Shown: positions 12,121 to 24,714, counted from the first letter of the stretch. The stretch is DNA of 64,000 bases from Octopus vulgaris (GCA_951406725.2 OX597839.1:17298001-17362000); one strand, 5' to 3'. Program-made: numbers and translations. Notes: generated by a model from the sequence alone, not told the origin.

Positions 12121-13390
12121 GAGGGGTGTATGAAAAGTTTTGAGCCTAACCTAGAAACAGGGCTGCTAGGTAGCTGAAACAATTTTTTCTGCTAAGTACA
12201 GTCTTTTTGGAGTATTCTTGCTCATTTTCATGATTCTGATATTTTAACTTTTTGTTGTACATTTTTGAATAAACAAGTGTTGAGGTTACAAGGAAAATGG
12301 AGAAAACTGAGTATCGTGCTGTCATAAAGTACCTTCATTTGAAAGGCATGACTCCATCAGAAATCCATGAAGATATGGTGAGAACCTTAACAGACAATGC
12401 TCCTTCATGTGCAACAGTCAATGAATTCCAGCATGGCAGGGAGAGTGTCGAAGATGATCCCACACCAGGGAGACCTCCAACTGCAACCACTGAGGACATC
12501 ATTGACCTAACTCTTGGTATGATAATGCAAAATTGGTGAATATCATGTCGTCAGATAGCTGAGAGACTGGGCATCTCAACTGAAAGAGCAGACAACATTG
12601 TGACAAAAGAACTTGGGTTCTCAAAAGTTTCTTCAAGGCGGGTCCCTCTCCTTTTGACTCCTGAACAGAAACGCACCAGGTACACTTTGTCCACGAGCAA
12701 TCTGGAACTGTTTGAAGCTGATGAAGAGAATTTTCTTGTTCATTTCTTTACTACGGACGAAAGCTGGGTTCATCACTACCAGCCTGAAACCAAGGAACAA
12801 TGGAAGCACACATCTTCTCCTACCCCAAATAAGGCCAGGGTCATTCTTTCAGCTGGCAAGGTCATGGCATCGGTTTTTTTGGATTCTCAAGGTGTCTTGC
12901 TGATTGATTACCTTGAAAAGGGTCACACCATGACAGGGCTGTATTATTCTTAGCTACTGAAATGCCTCCAAGAAGCAATCAAAGAAAAAATGCAGGGAAT
13001 CCTCACCAGAGGAGTCCTTTTTAATCACAACAATGCTCCAGCCCACACCTCAGTGGTTGCCATGGCAACGATTCATGATTGTGGATATGAACTTGTTCCC
13101 CATCTGCCTTATTCGCCAGACTTAGCCCCCTCTGACTTTCATCTATTCCCCCAAAATGAAAAATGCCTTGGCTGGTCGCCATTTTGCCAGTGACAATGAC
13201 ATCATAGACGCTGTAGGGAGTTTCTTGGAGTCTCAAACAAAAGAGTTCCTCTACGCCAGAATAATGGCGCTTCAAGCACTGCTGGAGAAAGTGTTCAGCC
13301 ATCGAGGGGACTATGTTGAAAAATAAATCATCAGAAGTCTTGTACTATATTTTGTTGTTTTGAGACTCAAAACTTTTCATACACCCCTCG
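12120..13390 (+). mobile_element. Full-length mariner transposon (D,D34D; irritans-like TIR)
   Basis: 25-bp TIRs (T/C)GAGGGGTGTATGAAAAGTTTTGAG at 12120-12144 and 13366-13390, TA on both sides, 1271 bp long. Confidence 0.95.
12297..13326 (+). pseudogene. Mariner transposase pseudogene
   Basis: MEKTEYRAVIKYL..., TTDESWVHHY, NHNNAPAH (second catalytic D lost), YSPDLAPSDFHLFP, ending GDYVEK*. Stops at 12537 and 12951 plus frameshifts. Confidence 0.92.
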
Positions 13391-13573
13391 TATATGTATA
13401 TAAATATGTATATACGAGCATTTGTGTATGTGTATAGATTTAAAATGTATAAAGAGGACTATTAAATAGTTTCTTTCACATTTAAATGATAACATATTTT
13501 TGATTTTGTTATAATTCTGTTTTTACATATTTTTAGTAAGTTTCTTATTTAGTTTTGGATATCTGCTTGCACA

Positions 13574-13634
<61 letters not shown>

Positions 13635-13835
13635 ATTAGAAAAATATCATTATGAAAGGATGAGAGAATATCTGTTGTCCTAAAAATGGCAAAATATAAT
13701 CATAATGATGTCCTAACATGTCATACCTTGTTCAACTCCCGCATCTCCCCTGGCAATAGGTCATCTAATGTGGAAACCCTAAACTAAGAGGGAGCCAGGG
13801 GTTAATAAATTTAGTGATGAGGTAGGAAAGGTGAT

Positions 13836-13918
13836 AGATGGGGCAGGAGATGAGATGAAATGCTTTTTAATAAGCTTAACTGACTTCAGATGTTAGCCAC
13901 CATCATCACTATTTAATG
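13836..13918 (+). repeat. 83-bp segment duplicated at 22234-22316
   Basis: 81 of 83 positions are identical by direct comparison. Confidence 0.92.
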
Positions 13919-14804
13919 TCTACTTCTCTGTGTTTGCATGTGCTGAACAGAATTTGTTAGGATAGATTTTCTGAAATTGCATGCCCTTCCTGTTACCAAC
14001 ACTCACCTATTTCCAAGCAAAGTAATATTTCCCCATGGCCAGGTATATTTCCATGGAAGACTGGAAATGAACAACATTGCTTGTATGATGGTGATGATTG
14101 TTTACAAAAATCACATAATGTCAACTTAAAGGTACTCTCTCTCACACACACAGACACACTCTCATGCACACACACACACACACACATACGAATACACACG
14201 ACAAACTTCTTTCAGTTTCCATCTATCAAATCAACTCACAAAACTTCTGTTGGCTCAGAGCTATAGTAGAAGACACCTAAGGTGCTGTGCAGTGGGGTCA
14301 AGGCCACATGGTTAGGAAGTAAGCTTCTTAACCACACTGCTAACCTTCTTAACCACCTGTGTCTATATTATAGGCACAGTTTGTATTGTACCAAAGGGAC
14401 TTTTGAATTGTCCTGTATATAATTCTTTATGATTAAGGTCACTAAGAGGTCACTAGTGTTTTGAGGGTTAAAGATAAAGCACTGGTGTATAAGAATGGAT
14501 CTAAGTATAACAGCGTCCTTAGAATTACAGAAAATTTTCAAACCATTTGCCAATCCTAAGCAAAACATTTGAAATTATTTCAACATGCTGACACATGCCT
14601 ACATTCTTTCAAGAGAACTTGTAAGTAGATCTCTGTGACGCATGATAAATAGCCATTGACGTCAGTGGCTCTATGATTTAAAGCAATATTAGACATTATC
14701 AAGCCAGTGATAAGTACAGTCAACCAAAGGAAATGATCTGAAGAAATGTTGTTCAACTTGATAATCCTCTCAAATTTATATGACAAACATAATAATATAT
14801 ATTA

Positions 14805-15300
14805 CAGGTATGTGTGTGTGGTAGGAACTTTGCTTCCCATCCACATGGTTTCAGGTTCAGTCCCACTGTGTGGTACCTTGAGTGTCTTCTACTATAGTCT
14901 TAAGCTGACCAAAGCCTTGAGAATGGAATTGTTAGAAGGAAACTGAAAAAGCCTGCCACGTTTAGATACATGTACAGTTTCATTTGTTAGTGCTATTATA
15001 TAAATTAGAAGTGTGCCAGCAATGTTTACTTTCATACTAAACTTTACTATTGGAGGTATCCACAGATTTTACCCATTGCTGTATAGTATCTATGTCAGAT
15101 CCTCATTGGTAACTATAACACGAAGCACAAACAATGAGGCATGAACATTTTCACATACATACATGTATACACAGACTTTTAGTTTCCTTGACAAGGCTGT
15201 AATAGAAGACACTTGACCAAGGTACCATGCAATGGGACTGAACCTGAAATTCTGTGGGTGGGATATGTACTTCTTAACTACATAGCAATGTCTGTGCCTA
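14805..15300. mobile_element. Two oppositely oriented SINE A 5' halves (14805-14960 +, 15170-15300 -)
   Basis: GGTTCAGTCCCACTGTGTGGTACCTTG on + and CAAGGTACCATGCAATGGGACTGAACC downstream. Confidence 0.65.
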
Positions 15301-15344
15301 TCTATAAATAAATTTGTTTGATACGTTACTTTTTTATTGTCCAT

Positions 15345-15645
15345 AACTGGTACTGTGTTGGTTACAATGATGAGGGTTCCAGTTAAGCTAATCAATGGAA
15401 TCGCCTGCTTGTGAAATTAATGTGCAAGTGACTGAGCACCCTATACACATGCATACTCTTAACATAGTTCTCAGGGAGATTCAGCATGACAAGGCTGGCC
15501 CTTTGAATTACTGGTACAACTCATTTTTGCTAGCTGAATGGGTTGAAGTAATGTGAAATAAAGTGTCTTGTTCAAGGACATAACAAACTCACAACCTTAT
15601 GTTCATAAGCCCAATAACCTAACCCCTAAGCCATGTGCCTTCATT
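15345..15645 (-). mobile_element. SINE family D with tail type 2
   Basis: Tail is colinear with 25145-25330 and 53090-53270. The tRNA-like head GGCACATGGCTTAG is on the minus strand. Confidence 0.65.
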
Positions 15646-15889
15646 TGTTTATAGGGAGAATCAATGAGCATCAGAGACATTTACAACTATCTGATGTATA
15701 TTATAATTTTAGTCATTTATAAATGCAATGAAGTTTAAAAAGTATAAATACACTTCATAATATTGTTTAGTATGAAAAATAAGGGTGTGGGACATTTTGA
15801 CACAGCTGTTTTGGTGCAGTTTATTTAGTGTCAGTAATTCAATGCTGATTTATTTGACATCAGATGTTTTAATGTTTCTCTCATTTCAG

Positions 15890-15969
15890 TGTTTGCCCCT
15901 TTTCCCCTCCTCCTACTTTCTTTTATATTTATGTGTGTGAGCATATGTAACTCTGTGTACAACGAGAGG
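15890..15969 (+). CDS. Candidate exon encoding a signal-peptide-like stretch
   Basis: Acceptor TTTCTCTCATTTCAG and donor AGG/GTAAGT in non-repetitive sequence. Frame reads xFAPFPLLLLSFIFMCVSICNSVYNER. No homology support. Confidence 0.3.
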
Positions 15970-16278
15970 GTAAGTTTATGTCAGTCCCGTTCAATTAATG
16001 AATGCAGCAAACAAACGATTGAGCCACAACACTGTCACACAGTACAACTGGTACTGGAGAGACCGACCATATTGACAGTTACAGTATTTTCATCAGTCTC
16101 ACTCCTTCACAATCAGTTTCTCTAGCAACACAAGTAAAACATTTCATTTCTCTCCAGTGATGACTTCTAGTGGAATCACTCTTTATCCTCATGATATAAA
16201 ATGTTTTCTTTGCATGATTTATGTAGTTTTTAAATTACTAGCTTAGTCTACTACTTTGAAGCTCTAGATAATCTTTTA

Positions 16279-16517
16279 TCTCTCTTTACTCTTTACTCTT
16301 TTACTTGTTTCAGTCATTTGACTGCGGCCATGCTGGAGCACCGCCTTTAATCGAGCAACTCGACCCCGGGACTTATTCTTTTGTAAGCCCAGTACTTATT
16401 CTATCAGTCTCTTTTGCCGAACCGCTAGGTAACGGGGACATAAACACACCAGCATCGGTTGTCAAGCAATGCTAGGGGGACACACACAGACACACAAACC
16501 CACACACCCATAAATAA

Positions 16518-16552
<35 letters not shown>

Positions 16553-16730
16553 ATATACACATATATACGACGGGCTTCTTTCAGTTTCCGTCTACCAAAT
16601 CCACTCACAAGGCTTTGGTCGGCCCGAGGCTATAGTAGGAGACACTTGCCCAAGGTGCCACGCAGTGGGACTGAACCCAGAACCATGTGGTTGGTAAACA
16701 AGCTACTTACCACACACCCACTCCTGCACC
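16279..16730 (-). mobile_element. Young full-length SINE family A
   Basis: CpG-rich, with tRNA-like head GGTGCAGGAGTGG...GGTTCAGTCCC, internal (TA)n/(TG)n and (GTAAAAGA)-type tail. ATCTTTTA occurs at 16271-16278 and 16732-16739 as a probable TSD. Confidence 0.9.
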
Positions 16731-16731
16731 T

Positions 16732-17066
16732 ATCTTTTACTTATCTCAGTCATTGGACTGCAGCTATACTGGGGCACTGTTTTGAAGGGTTTTAGGCAAA
16801 CAAATTTCTCCCAGTATTTTAATTTCTTGTTTTTTAAAGTCTAGTACTTATTCTCTGGCTCTCTTTTGCTGAACTACTATTTTATAATCTTATGGTGGTG
16901 TAAACACATCAAAACTGGTTGTCTCATATATGATCAGCTTCCACAGTTTCTTGACCAAATTTACTTACAAAACATTGATTGTCTCAGATCTATAGTAGAT
17001 GCTTGCCCAATGTGTTGCGCAGTGGTTGCAGAGCAAGCTTCTTAATCATTCAGCCCTACCTGCACT
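16732..17066 (-). mobile_element. Old SINE family A copy directly abutting the young one
   Basis: Same module order, CpG-depleted, with internal deletions. Confidence 0.75.
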
Positions 17067-17139
17067 TAACAGATCATTTAATGATTGATCACAGACGATA
17101 TGAATGCACCCATACTTGTTTGTTAGTGAGTTTGATTAG

Positions 17140-17570
17140 ATGCAGTTTGCCAGAAGAGAACTCCTCACCAGATACAACAAAAGACTGACCTCATCAGGAG
17201 GTTTTCTTAATTGCTGGCAGGCCTTCTATCTCTGATGGAATACAGGAGTAGTCAATATAATAGTTTATAGTCATCTTGGCCTACGTTCAGAGGAAGACCA
17301 GTTAAGTGATTGGTAAAAAGTCATTCAGAGATCCACTTCAGCCTCTGGCCCATAGATGTGTTGTTTCCCCTCTGAAGTTTCTGCTGTGGCTACAGAGGCC
17401 TTTGTTCCCTGGAGCTGATTGGTCACTTTTTATCTCCATTCAGCCACTCCAGAATCATCCCTCTTTCCCCCTCTCATCATTCATATTGTATTCACCTACC
17501 CATTATGTCTAATCCTTCTTCCTCAACACATTGACCTTTTGGATTCCACTTCCTGCTCAGCTGTTGACTT
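17140..17570 (+). mobile_element. LINE (CR1/Jockey-like) ORF2 C-terminal remnant
   Basis: Translation DPLQPLAHRCVVS resembles the LQPLSHRRxVAS motif of such elements. Confidence 0.5.
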
Positions 17571-17794
17571 GAAACTGGCAAGGGTTTGACGATAGGAAGG
17601 GCACCTTGCCACAGAAAATCTGCTTCAATAAAGCCTGTCTGACCTATGCAAACATGGAAAAGTGGACATTACATGATGTTGATGATATTAATTTTGGAGA
17701 AGTCAGTGTCTTTGATAGAGATAGTTCTCTTACTCCCAATACTTTAGATGATATCTGAAGTCTTAACCTTATATGATATTGAATTCACTTTGTC

Positions 17795-18008
17795 TAAGGT
17801 GGTAGGTTAGCACATTGAACAAAATGCTTAGAAGTATTTCTTCTGTCTAATTAAATTCTGAATTTAACTGCTGCTGAGATAAACTTTGCCTTTCATCCTT
17901 TCAGGATTGATAAAAAAAAGAGTACCAGCCAAGTACTAGTGTCAATGTAATTGACTTGTTCCTTCCCCTCAAAATTACTGACCTCATGCCAAAATTAGAA
18001 AGAATTAT
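17795..18008 (+). mobile_element. SINE family B
   Basis: ACTTTGCCTTTCATCCTTTCAGGATTGATAAA...AGTACCAG central block. Confidence 0.7.
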
Positions 18009-18420
18009 CCATATTTACTTTATGCATGGAGATTTGGGTTGCTTTTATTTTTTGCTTCTCTGCTTGTTATCTCAAATCTCCCTCAAATCTTGCAAAACCA
18101 TTTTGGGTGGTAAATGTAATCATTAGATGGTAAGCATAATGTTTCCCAGTTTAGCACCACTGCTTGTCTTCTTGGTGCTTTTATCATAGTATTTAGGGTT
18201 AATGTAAACACTTATATGATATTTCCAAATGTAGTAGTTGATTTTCCCATCAGGCAGTGAAGCAGATTTTGTAGGTGGTTTGGTCTCTTCAACCATGACA
18301 CCAGAGCTTGCTGGAGCCATCCACCAATGTAGGTGACAAAACTTCTGCACAACAGAACAAGCTAGGCTAGATTTTTCTGTCATCCTCAATGCTCATTCTT
18401 GCATCACTCATCTTCTCTCT

Positions 18421-18446
18421 TTACATCTGGGTTAACCCAGATGTAA
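18421..18446. repeat. Perfect 26-bp palindrome
   Basis: TTACATCTGGGTT AACCCAGATGTAA. Confidence 0.95.
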
Positions 18447-18811
18447 TGGCTTGCTTTCTCAGTGACTTCCAACAATTTTCTGACATCTTTTTTCTCCTAC
18501 ACAGCTAGGCCAGATTTCTTCTATACCCCCTTACCTGTCTGGGAGACCCTAAAAAGGTCCATGGGCACTATCCTTCTTCAAACTGTATTATGTTAAGAAA
18601 AATTATCAGGTAGACTCCATTTAGTATAGTCTTAGATACAAATGGTATTGAAAGCTACACTTATTATGCAGAGTTTAAATTTATGATTAATTCATAATTA
18701 AACAAGTTAATACTTGTTGGGCTGGAAGTTTAGATCAGAAAATAACTAAAGATGATGCACCTCCAGTTAGTATTGATCGTAAATTATCTGATTGTTTTTA
18801 TTAATTAATCA

Positions 18812-19172
18812 ATCTTTTACTTGTTTCAGTCATTGAACTTCAGTCATACTGGAGCACTGCTTTAAAGGGTTTTAGTCAAACAAATCACTCTGTCATTTTT
18901 TAAAGTCTGGTACTTATTCTGTCAGTCTCTTTTCCTGAACTGCTAAGTTATGGGGATGTAAAAAAATCAACAGCAAGTAATGTGGGGGATGGGGAGAAAC
19001 ACACAGACAAATATATATGATGGGCGTCCACACAGTTTCTGCCTACTTAATTGTCTACAAGATATTGGTTGGCCTAAGATTATAGTAGAAGATACTTAGC
19101 CACATGGTTTTGGGTTCAGTCTCATTTGGTTGCAAAGTGAGCTTCTTAACCATATAGTCATACCTGTGCCTA
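18812..19172 (-). mobile_element. Old SINE family A
   Basis: Colinear with 16279-16730. Confidence 0.7.
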
Positions 19173-19362
19173 TGAGAAATTTACTTTATAGAGTTTTAAT
19201 AAACAGGAGTAAATCAGTGTTGTTCTAATACAAATAGTATTTTCTTATTGTGGAATTAGAATGGGATCAAGAGTAGAAAAATATAAGACAAAATCTAATA
19301 AAAAGTAATTGTTTGATTTTTGTGAATTTTGTTGCTTATATATATGTCACTTTCTATCTACC

Positions 19363-19786
19363 AGCAATTTGCACCAAATGCCAAGGTCTATTGTCAAAGC
19401 AAGTGTTATCATGACAATGCATGTCCACATATGGTCTCCTACACAGTTGAAACCATTGAACAATTGGATTTTGAATTCTTGGAACATCCTGCATACAATT
19501 CAGGTTTCGCCTCTTCCAACTATCACCTCTTTTGGACCATTCAAACATCCATCCTTTATGAGGTCATCGATTTGTTATGGATGAAGAAGTGCAAGAAGTG
19601 GTGCATAAATGACTGCGTGACAAGCTGGAAACTTTCTTCCCCAATGGATTAGGCAAGCTTATGGACTGCTGGAAGAAGTGCATTGAAAAGCATGAAGACT
19701 GTCAAAAACATGTTATTGCTCAACCTCTGCTTGTGTTTTAATAAATTACAGAAGCAAGAGTGCATACAATTTTTGACTTACCCTCG
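19363..19786 (+). mobile_element. Mariner 3' remnant with right TIR
   Basis: HDNACPH...LEHPAYNSGFASSNYHLF (decayed HDNA...YSPDLAPSDYHLF). It ends TTTTGACTTACCCTCG next to a TA tract. Confidence 0.8.
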
Positions 19787-20714
19787 AATATATATATATG
19801 ATGGGCTTCTACACAGTTTCTATCAACAAAATTCACTCATAAGGCATTGCTCAGCTCATGGCTATAGTAAAAGACACTTATTCTAGGTGCATCTGTATGG
19901 AGGGTCTGAACGTGAAGCCATATGGTTGCAAAGTGAGTTTCTTAACCACACAGATATGCCTGCACCTATAATTCTTCAGTTTATTTTAATCACATTGTGA
20001 CCAATGTTATGCAAGTGCCTTGTCATTATTCACCATACACTCCCTCTAAAATACTTTTAAAATTTCCTCAGGTTTTTTTTTTTAACATAAAATTTCTTGT
20101 GAACTTTCAGATTTTTGCTTTTCTGAAGAGTTAAGAAAAAAAATTTATTTTCCTCATTAATTTTTTTTTTCAAGTTTATACAATTAAGATTTCTTAATTT
20201 ATATTCTTATTTAATAGTATTTGATTAATTTAATTGTTCTATTAAAATCTTTAAATAATAGATAAAAACAAAATGATGTTTCAACATTTTTCTTGCTTTT
20301 TGTGGAGGAAAATAGAATAAAATTGATTAAAAATGTTCAAGTTATATTAAAAAGACATTGGATTATTTTTCTCTTTTCTGTTACTAATAGAAATTTAATA
20401 GACAACTTGGCAAATTGGTAGAATTGTTAAACCATCTGACAAAATTGGTCTTGGAGCATGTCTTTTACTTGTTTCAATCACCGAACTACAATCATGCAAA
20501 GATACTGCTTTGAAAAGTTTTAGTTGAACATATCAACTGACTTCAGTGCTTCATTTTTAGTTTGGTACTTACTCTATCAGGCTTTTTTGGTGATCCACTT
20601 TATTATGGGGAACATAAACAAACCAACATTGAGTGTTAATCAGTGATAAGGACAAACAAAAACACACACACACACACTCATGCACACAGACACACAGACA
20701 CACACACACACATA

Positions 20715-20833
20715 CACACACACTGGACCTTCAGACTGGGTTTTTAAGAACACACATACACACACACACACACACACACATACACACACACACACATACA
20801 CACACACTGGGCCTTCAGACTGGGTTTTTAAGA
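20715..20833. repeat. Local tandem duplication inside a (CA)n tract
   Basis: CACACACTGG(A/G)CCTTCAGACTGGGTTTTTAAGA occurs twice, about 84 bp apart. Confidence 0.85.
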
Positions 20834-21009
20834 GGTGGTGGTGGTAGGTAACACACACACACACACACATGCATATATATGACAATGAACTGGAGCAACA
20901 TGAAATAGTGTTTTGTTCAAGAACACAAAGCACTGCCCACAGTAGGAACTGAAACCAGGATCTTGTAATCTTCATCCAATTCATCAACCCCTAGACATTA
21001 CTGTCCCAA

Positions 21010-21243
21010 GTACTAGAACTTGTAGGAGTCGGTCACTCAGTTTCCATGGCTTATAAGTAATGAAGATCACAACATTCCGCTTGATCAGGAGGCCAATCTT
21101 TCACGTGTTACACAGCTGAGTGAACTGGAGCAACATGAATGAAGTATTTTGCTCAAGAATACAATGCACCACTTGGTCCAGAAATCAAAACCATGATCTT
21201 GTGATCATGAGTGCAACACCCTAACCAACTATGCCACACGCCT
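21010..21243 (-). mobile_element. SINE family D with tail type 3
   Basis: tRNA-like head GGCGTGTGGCATAGTTGGTTAGGGTG and TTCTTGAGCAAAATACTTCAT...GTTGCTCCAGTTCACTCAGCTG body. Confidence 0.7.
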
Positions 21244-21815
21244 TTCATTTCTAATGAAAAAAGAAAGAGAAGTTAATAATAGTGAGATCAGATCAATGTC
21301 TTAGAAAATCATAATATTAATCAGCTTTCAAATAAATACAGAAAGCTATATTGATGAAAGAAAGCTGTGATGTTGATAAAGAAATAAAAAAACAACCCAA
21401 ATAAATCTATAGTGACTTAATTAATAACCAGCTTTAAAAAATGCTTCTGTGTTATATCATACTTATTTCTTCTTTTCTCTCTGTTTTTTCTTCGTCAAAA
21501 ACAGTTTTCCCTAATTAATTACTTACACTATTTATTTCTGTCATCCATTTAATTAATCTAGATGTAAATGAAACATCTTTCCTTATAAATTTTGTCAAGG
21601 TTTGTTATATTTGGTTATTGTTTTTTTTTTGCTGTTTTTTAACCAGAGCTAAAGTTTAGTAAGAATAAGATTTATAAGTGATTGTATTGTACTAAACCAA
21701 ACTCAGTATATTACTGTTGGTTGAATCTGTAAGGAAATCTCTTTATAGTTTGATCAATCTGCTAAAAGTAGCAACTAAATCTCGCTCCACCACCACCAAA
21801 ATCAGTTTGGTTTCT

Positions 21816-22028
21816 TTAATGCTTTAGTATTTAAATCAGCCATTTCCAACCCAAATATTCTACCTGTTATATACGCAAATCAGCCAGATCTGGCTTCTCG
21901 CACCTACACTAAATGTAATTCTAAAAATAAACGATCTCAAAGCTCTGAGATAATGCATGATTCATTCAAAATAATTTCAATAAATTAGTATTTCATTTGA
22001 CAGAATAATCTGAATGCTAAAGGGTTAA
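21816..22028 (-). mobile_element. piggyBac-like MITE
   Basis: Ends AATGCTAAAGGG-TTAA. Reverse complement of the 25102-25925 units. Confidence 0.65.
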
Positions 22029-22212
22029 CAAAGCCAACATTTGGTAGGATTGAGATTACAAGAAATTGTACTGAATTGAAACCTGGAATGAAAGGAAGTA
22101 ATCATTGGATAATGTAGTCCATGGTACACTGTGTCTAGAAGAAAGAAAGAAGGAAAATGGGATGATTTTAACCGGAAAGTTTTTGACCATAGGTCTCCTG
22201 AATCATGGCTAC

Positions 22213-22354
22213 GTCACATCTACATTTGCTTGCAGATGGGGCAGGAGATGAGATGAGATGCTTTTTAATAAGCTTAACTGACTTCAGATGTTAACCACCA
22301 TCATCACTATTTAATGCTCCATTTGCTTGCTAAGTCACATCTACATTTGCTTGC
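22213..22354 (+). other. Templated insertion flanked by a 21-bp direct repeat
   Basis: GTCACATCTACATTTGCTTGC at 22213-22233 and 22334-22354 brackets the copy of 13836-13918. Confidence 0.85.
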
Positions 22355-22609
22355 TTCTCTGTATATAACTCATGCCAGCATAGAAAACTAACATTAAAAG
22401 AGGAAGAGGATGATAACCAAGCCTATGAGGGAATTTTCTTTATTTTTTGATCTATCTGCTAAAAAAGCAACTAAATTCCCCTCAAAGACATGTTAGGTAG
22501 TATAGTTATATTTATATTATGCTTGGAAAATGAATAAAAATGTGAGCCATTGAAGGAAGCACCCTTCATACTCTTGTATAATTTGAACTCAGAGTAAAAA
22601 TTTAAAAAA

Positions 22610-23480
22610 TATTCTAGCATTGGCACAAGACCACACATTTTATGGGGAACAATATAGTGAATTAAATTGACCATATTTCCCAGTACCTTTCTGGTATTTT
22701 ATTTTATTGACCTACTATTACATCTTCTCTCTATCACCCAGAAAAGGAGAGGAGACAAAGCAGACTTTTAGATTTGAACTCAGAACATAAAAGGTAATAT
22801 CTAAATATCACAAAGCGTTTTGCCCCACACTCTAACAATACTTCCTGTCTTCCCTTGCACCACCGCCACTACCACTCTTATTTCTTATTTTTCTTGTGTC
22901 CGAGGACTCATAAGGGCACCTACATAGTTTTTATGATGTATAAATGACTAAAATCATAACACTCTCTCTGAACAAGATGCCAGTTTGTTTCAGGGTTCAT
23001 GGCCACCAATTTTTGAGGGAGGGGTGGGGGATAAATTGATTACATTAACTCCCAGTACTTGACTGGTACTTTATTTTATCAACTTTGAAAGAATGAAAGG
23101 CAACATTGCCCTCCGAGGGAATTGAAGTCAGAATGTAAAAGATCTAGAAGAAATACAGCTAAGCATATTGTCCAACACTAACAATTCTATCAATCTTCCC
23201 CACCAAAATCCTCCTCTTGTTATTTTTTTAATTACTTTTCTCGATCCCTAGGATGCATAGGGCCAGTTACATAGTTTCCATGATGTATAAGTGACCAAGA
23301 TTCACAAGAAATGCCCTGAACTGGACACTGGCTCATTTCAGGATTAAAGGTCGGTAATTTTGTAGGGAGGGCACAACTTAATTACATTGACTCTAGTATT
23401 TGACTTATACTTAATATTTTTGACCCTGATAATGTCACTAAGCATTTTGTCCAGTGCTGTAACAAAATTGCCAGACTACC
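22610..23480 (-). mobile_element. Tandem cluster of three SINE B copies, two fused to tail type 3
   Basis: GACTGGTACTTTATTTTATCAAC...GAAAG.ATGAAAGGC blocks. Similar ACATAGTTT..ATGATGTATAA.TGAC.AA segments lie at about 22920 and 23268. Confidence 0.6.
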
Positions 23481-23884
23481 AATTTTCCCCTCCTACTACT
23501 GCCACTCTAATTATGTATGCAAATTTATTAAAGAATCCAACATTTTATGTATCGTATATATTTTTAAATATTTTTTTTACACACAAATTGATTTTTTTTG
23601 CTGTTACTTCATTAGTTATCTTTGTTTTCCATTGTTAAGAATTCTGATAATTGTCTCATTACCAAGTACTACTACAATAAATTATCCTATTTATTTAAAG
23701 AAAGGAATATATATTTGTGTGTGTATATGCTACTTTACTTTGTGGTCTACAGCAGTCCCCATAGTCTCAGTTATGAAATGGCCTGATCTGGGTTATGATT
23801 AGACTGCATGCTAAAGTGTAACTAACTACGTGCTAAAGAGGCATCCATTTATATAAATATACATTTGTGTGTGTGTGTGTGTTA

Positions 23885-24298
23885 TAGGTGCAAGCATGGC
23901 TGTATGGTAAGAAGTTTGCTTCCCAACAACATTGTTTTGGGTTCAGTCCCATTGTGTGGCAACTTGGGCAAGTGTCTTCTACTATAGCCCCAGGACAACC
24001 AAGCTTTGTGAGCAGATTTGGTAGACTGAAACTCAAAGAAGTTTGTTGTGTATATGTATCTATAAACATGTTTGTGTGCGTGTGCGTGCATGCATGCTTG
24101 TGCTTGTCCCCTGCCACTGCTTGACAATTGGTGTTGGTTTTTTTACAGCCCTATATCTTAGCAGTTCAGCAAAAGAAACTGATAGGATAAGTACCAGACC
24201 TAAAACAAAATAAGTACTGGGGTCAATTTGCCTAACTTAAACCCTTCAAGGTGGTGCCCCAGCAAAGCTGAAGTTCAGTGATGAAACAAGTAAAAGTT
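23885..24298 (+). mobile_element. Full-length SINE family A
   Basis: Head, internal TG tract and GAAACAAGTAAAAG tail. Confidence 0.8.
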
Positions 24299-24679
24299 AA
24301 AAACAAACAATAAGATATATATGTAACACTATATACACATTGTGGAAAAGTTGTTAGTCATATAATATATGTATGTGTGTATATTAGCTTAAATATGCTT
24401 TGTAGGTATTTAGATAGGATATTTAAATATTTAAATAATTACTTATGTTTAATTTAATATCTACTAAGCTTATAAATAAAACGATCATATTTAACTAATT
24501 ACTGAAAGAAATATTTTATATTTACCATCTTATATTTACATTTAGTTTTTGTTCTACCATATATGTGTGTATGTATGTGTGTATGATTGTGGATGTACGT
24601 ATTTCTATGATTGTGGCTGTATGGATGTGTATATGTATGCATGTGTATATGTATATATATGTATATATGTTTGTGTGTG

Positions 24680-24714
<35 letters not shown>

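Noticed and set aside
18123-18389. 88-aa minus-strand ORF as a host exon
   Set aside because: No recognisable domain or clear splice sites. It may be a decayed retroelement segment.
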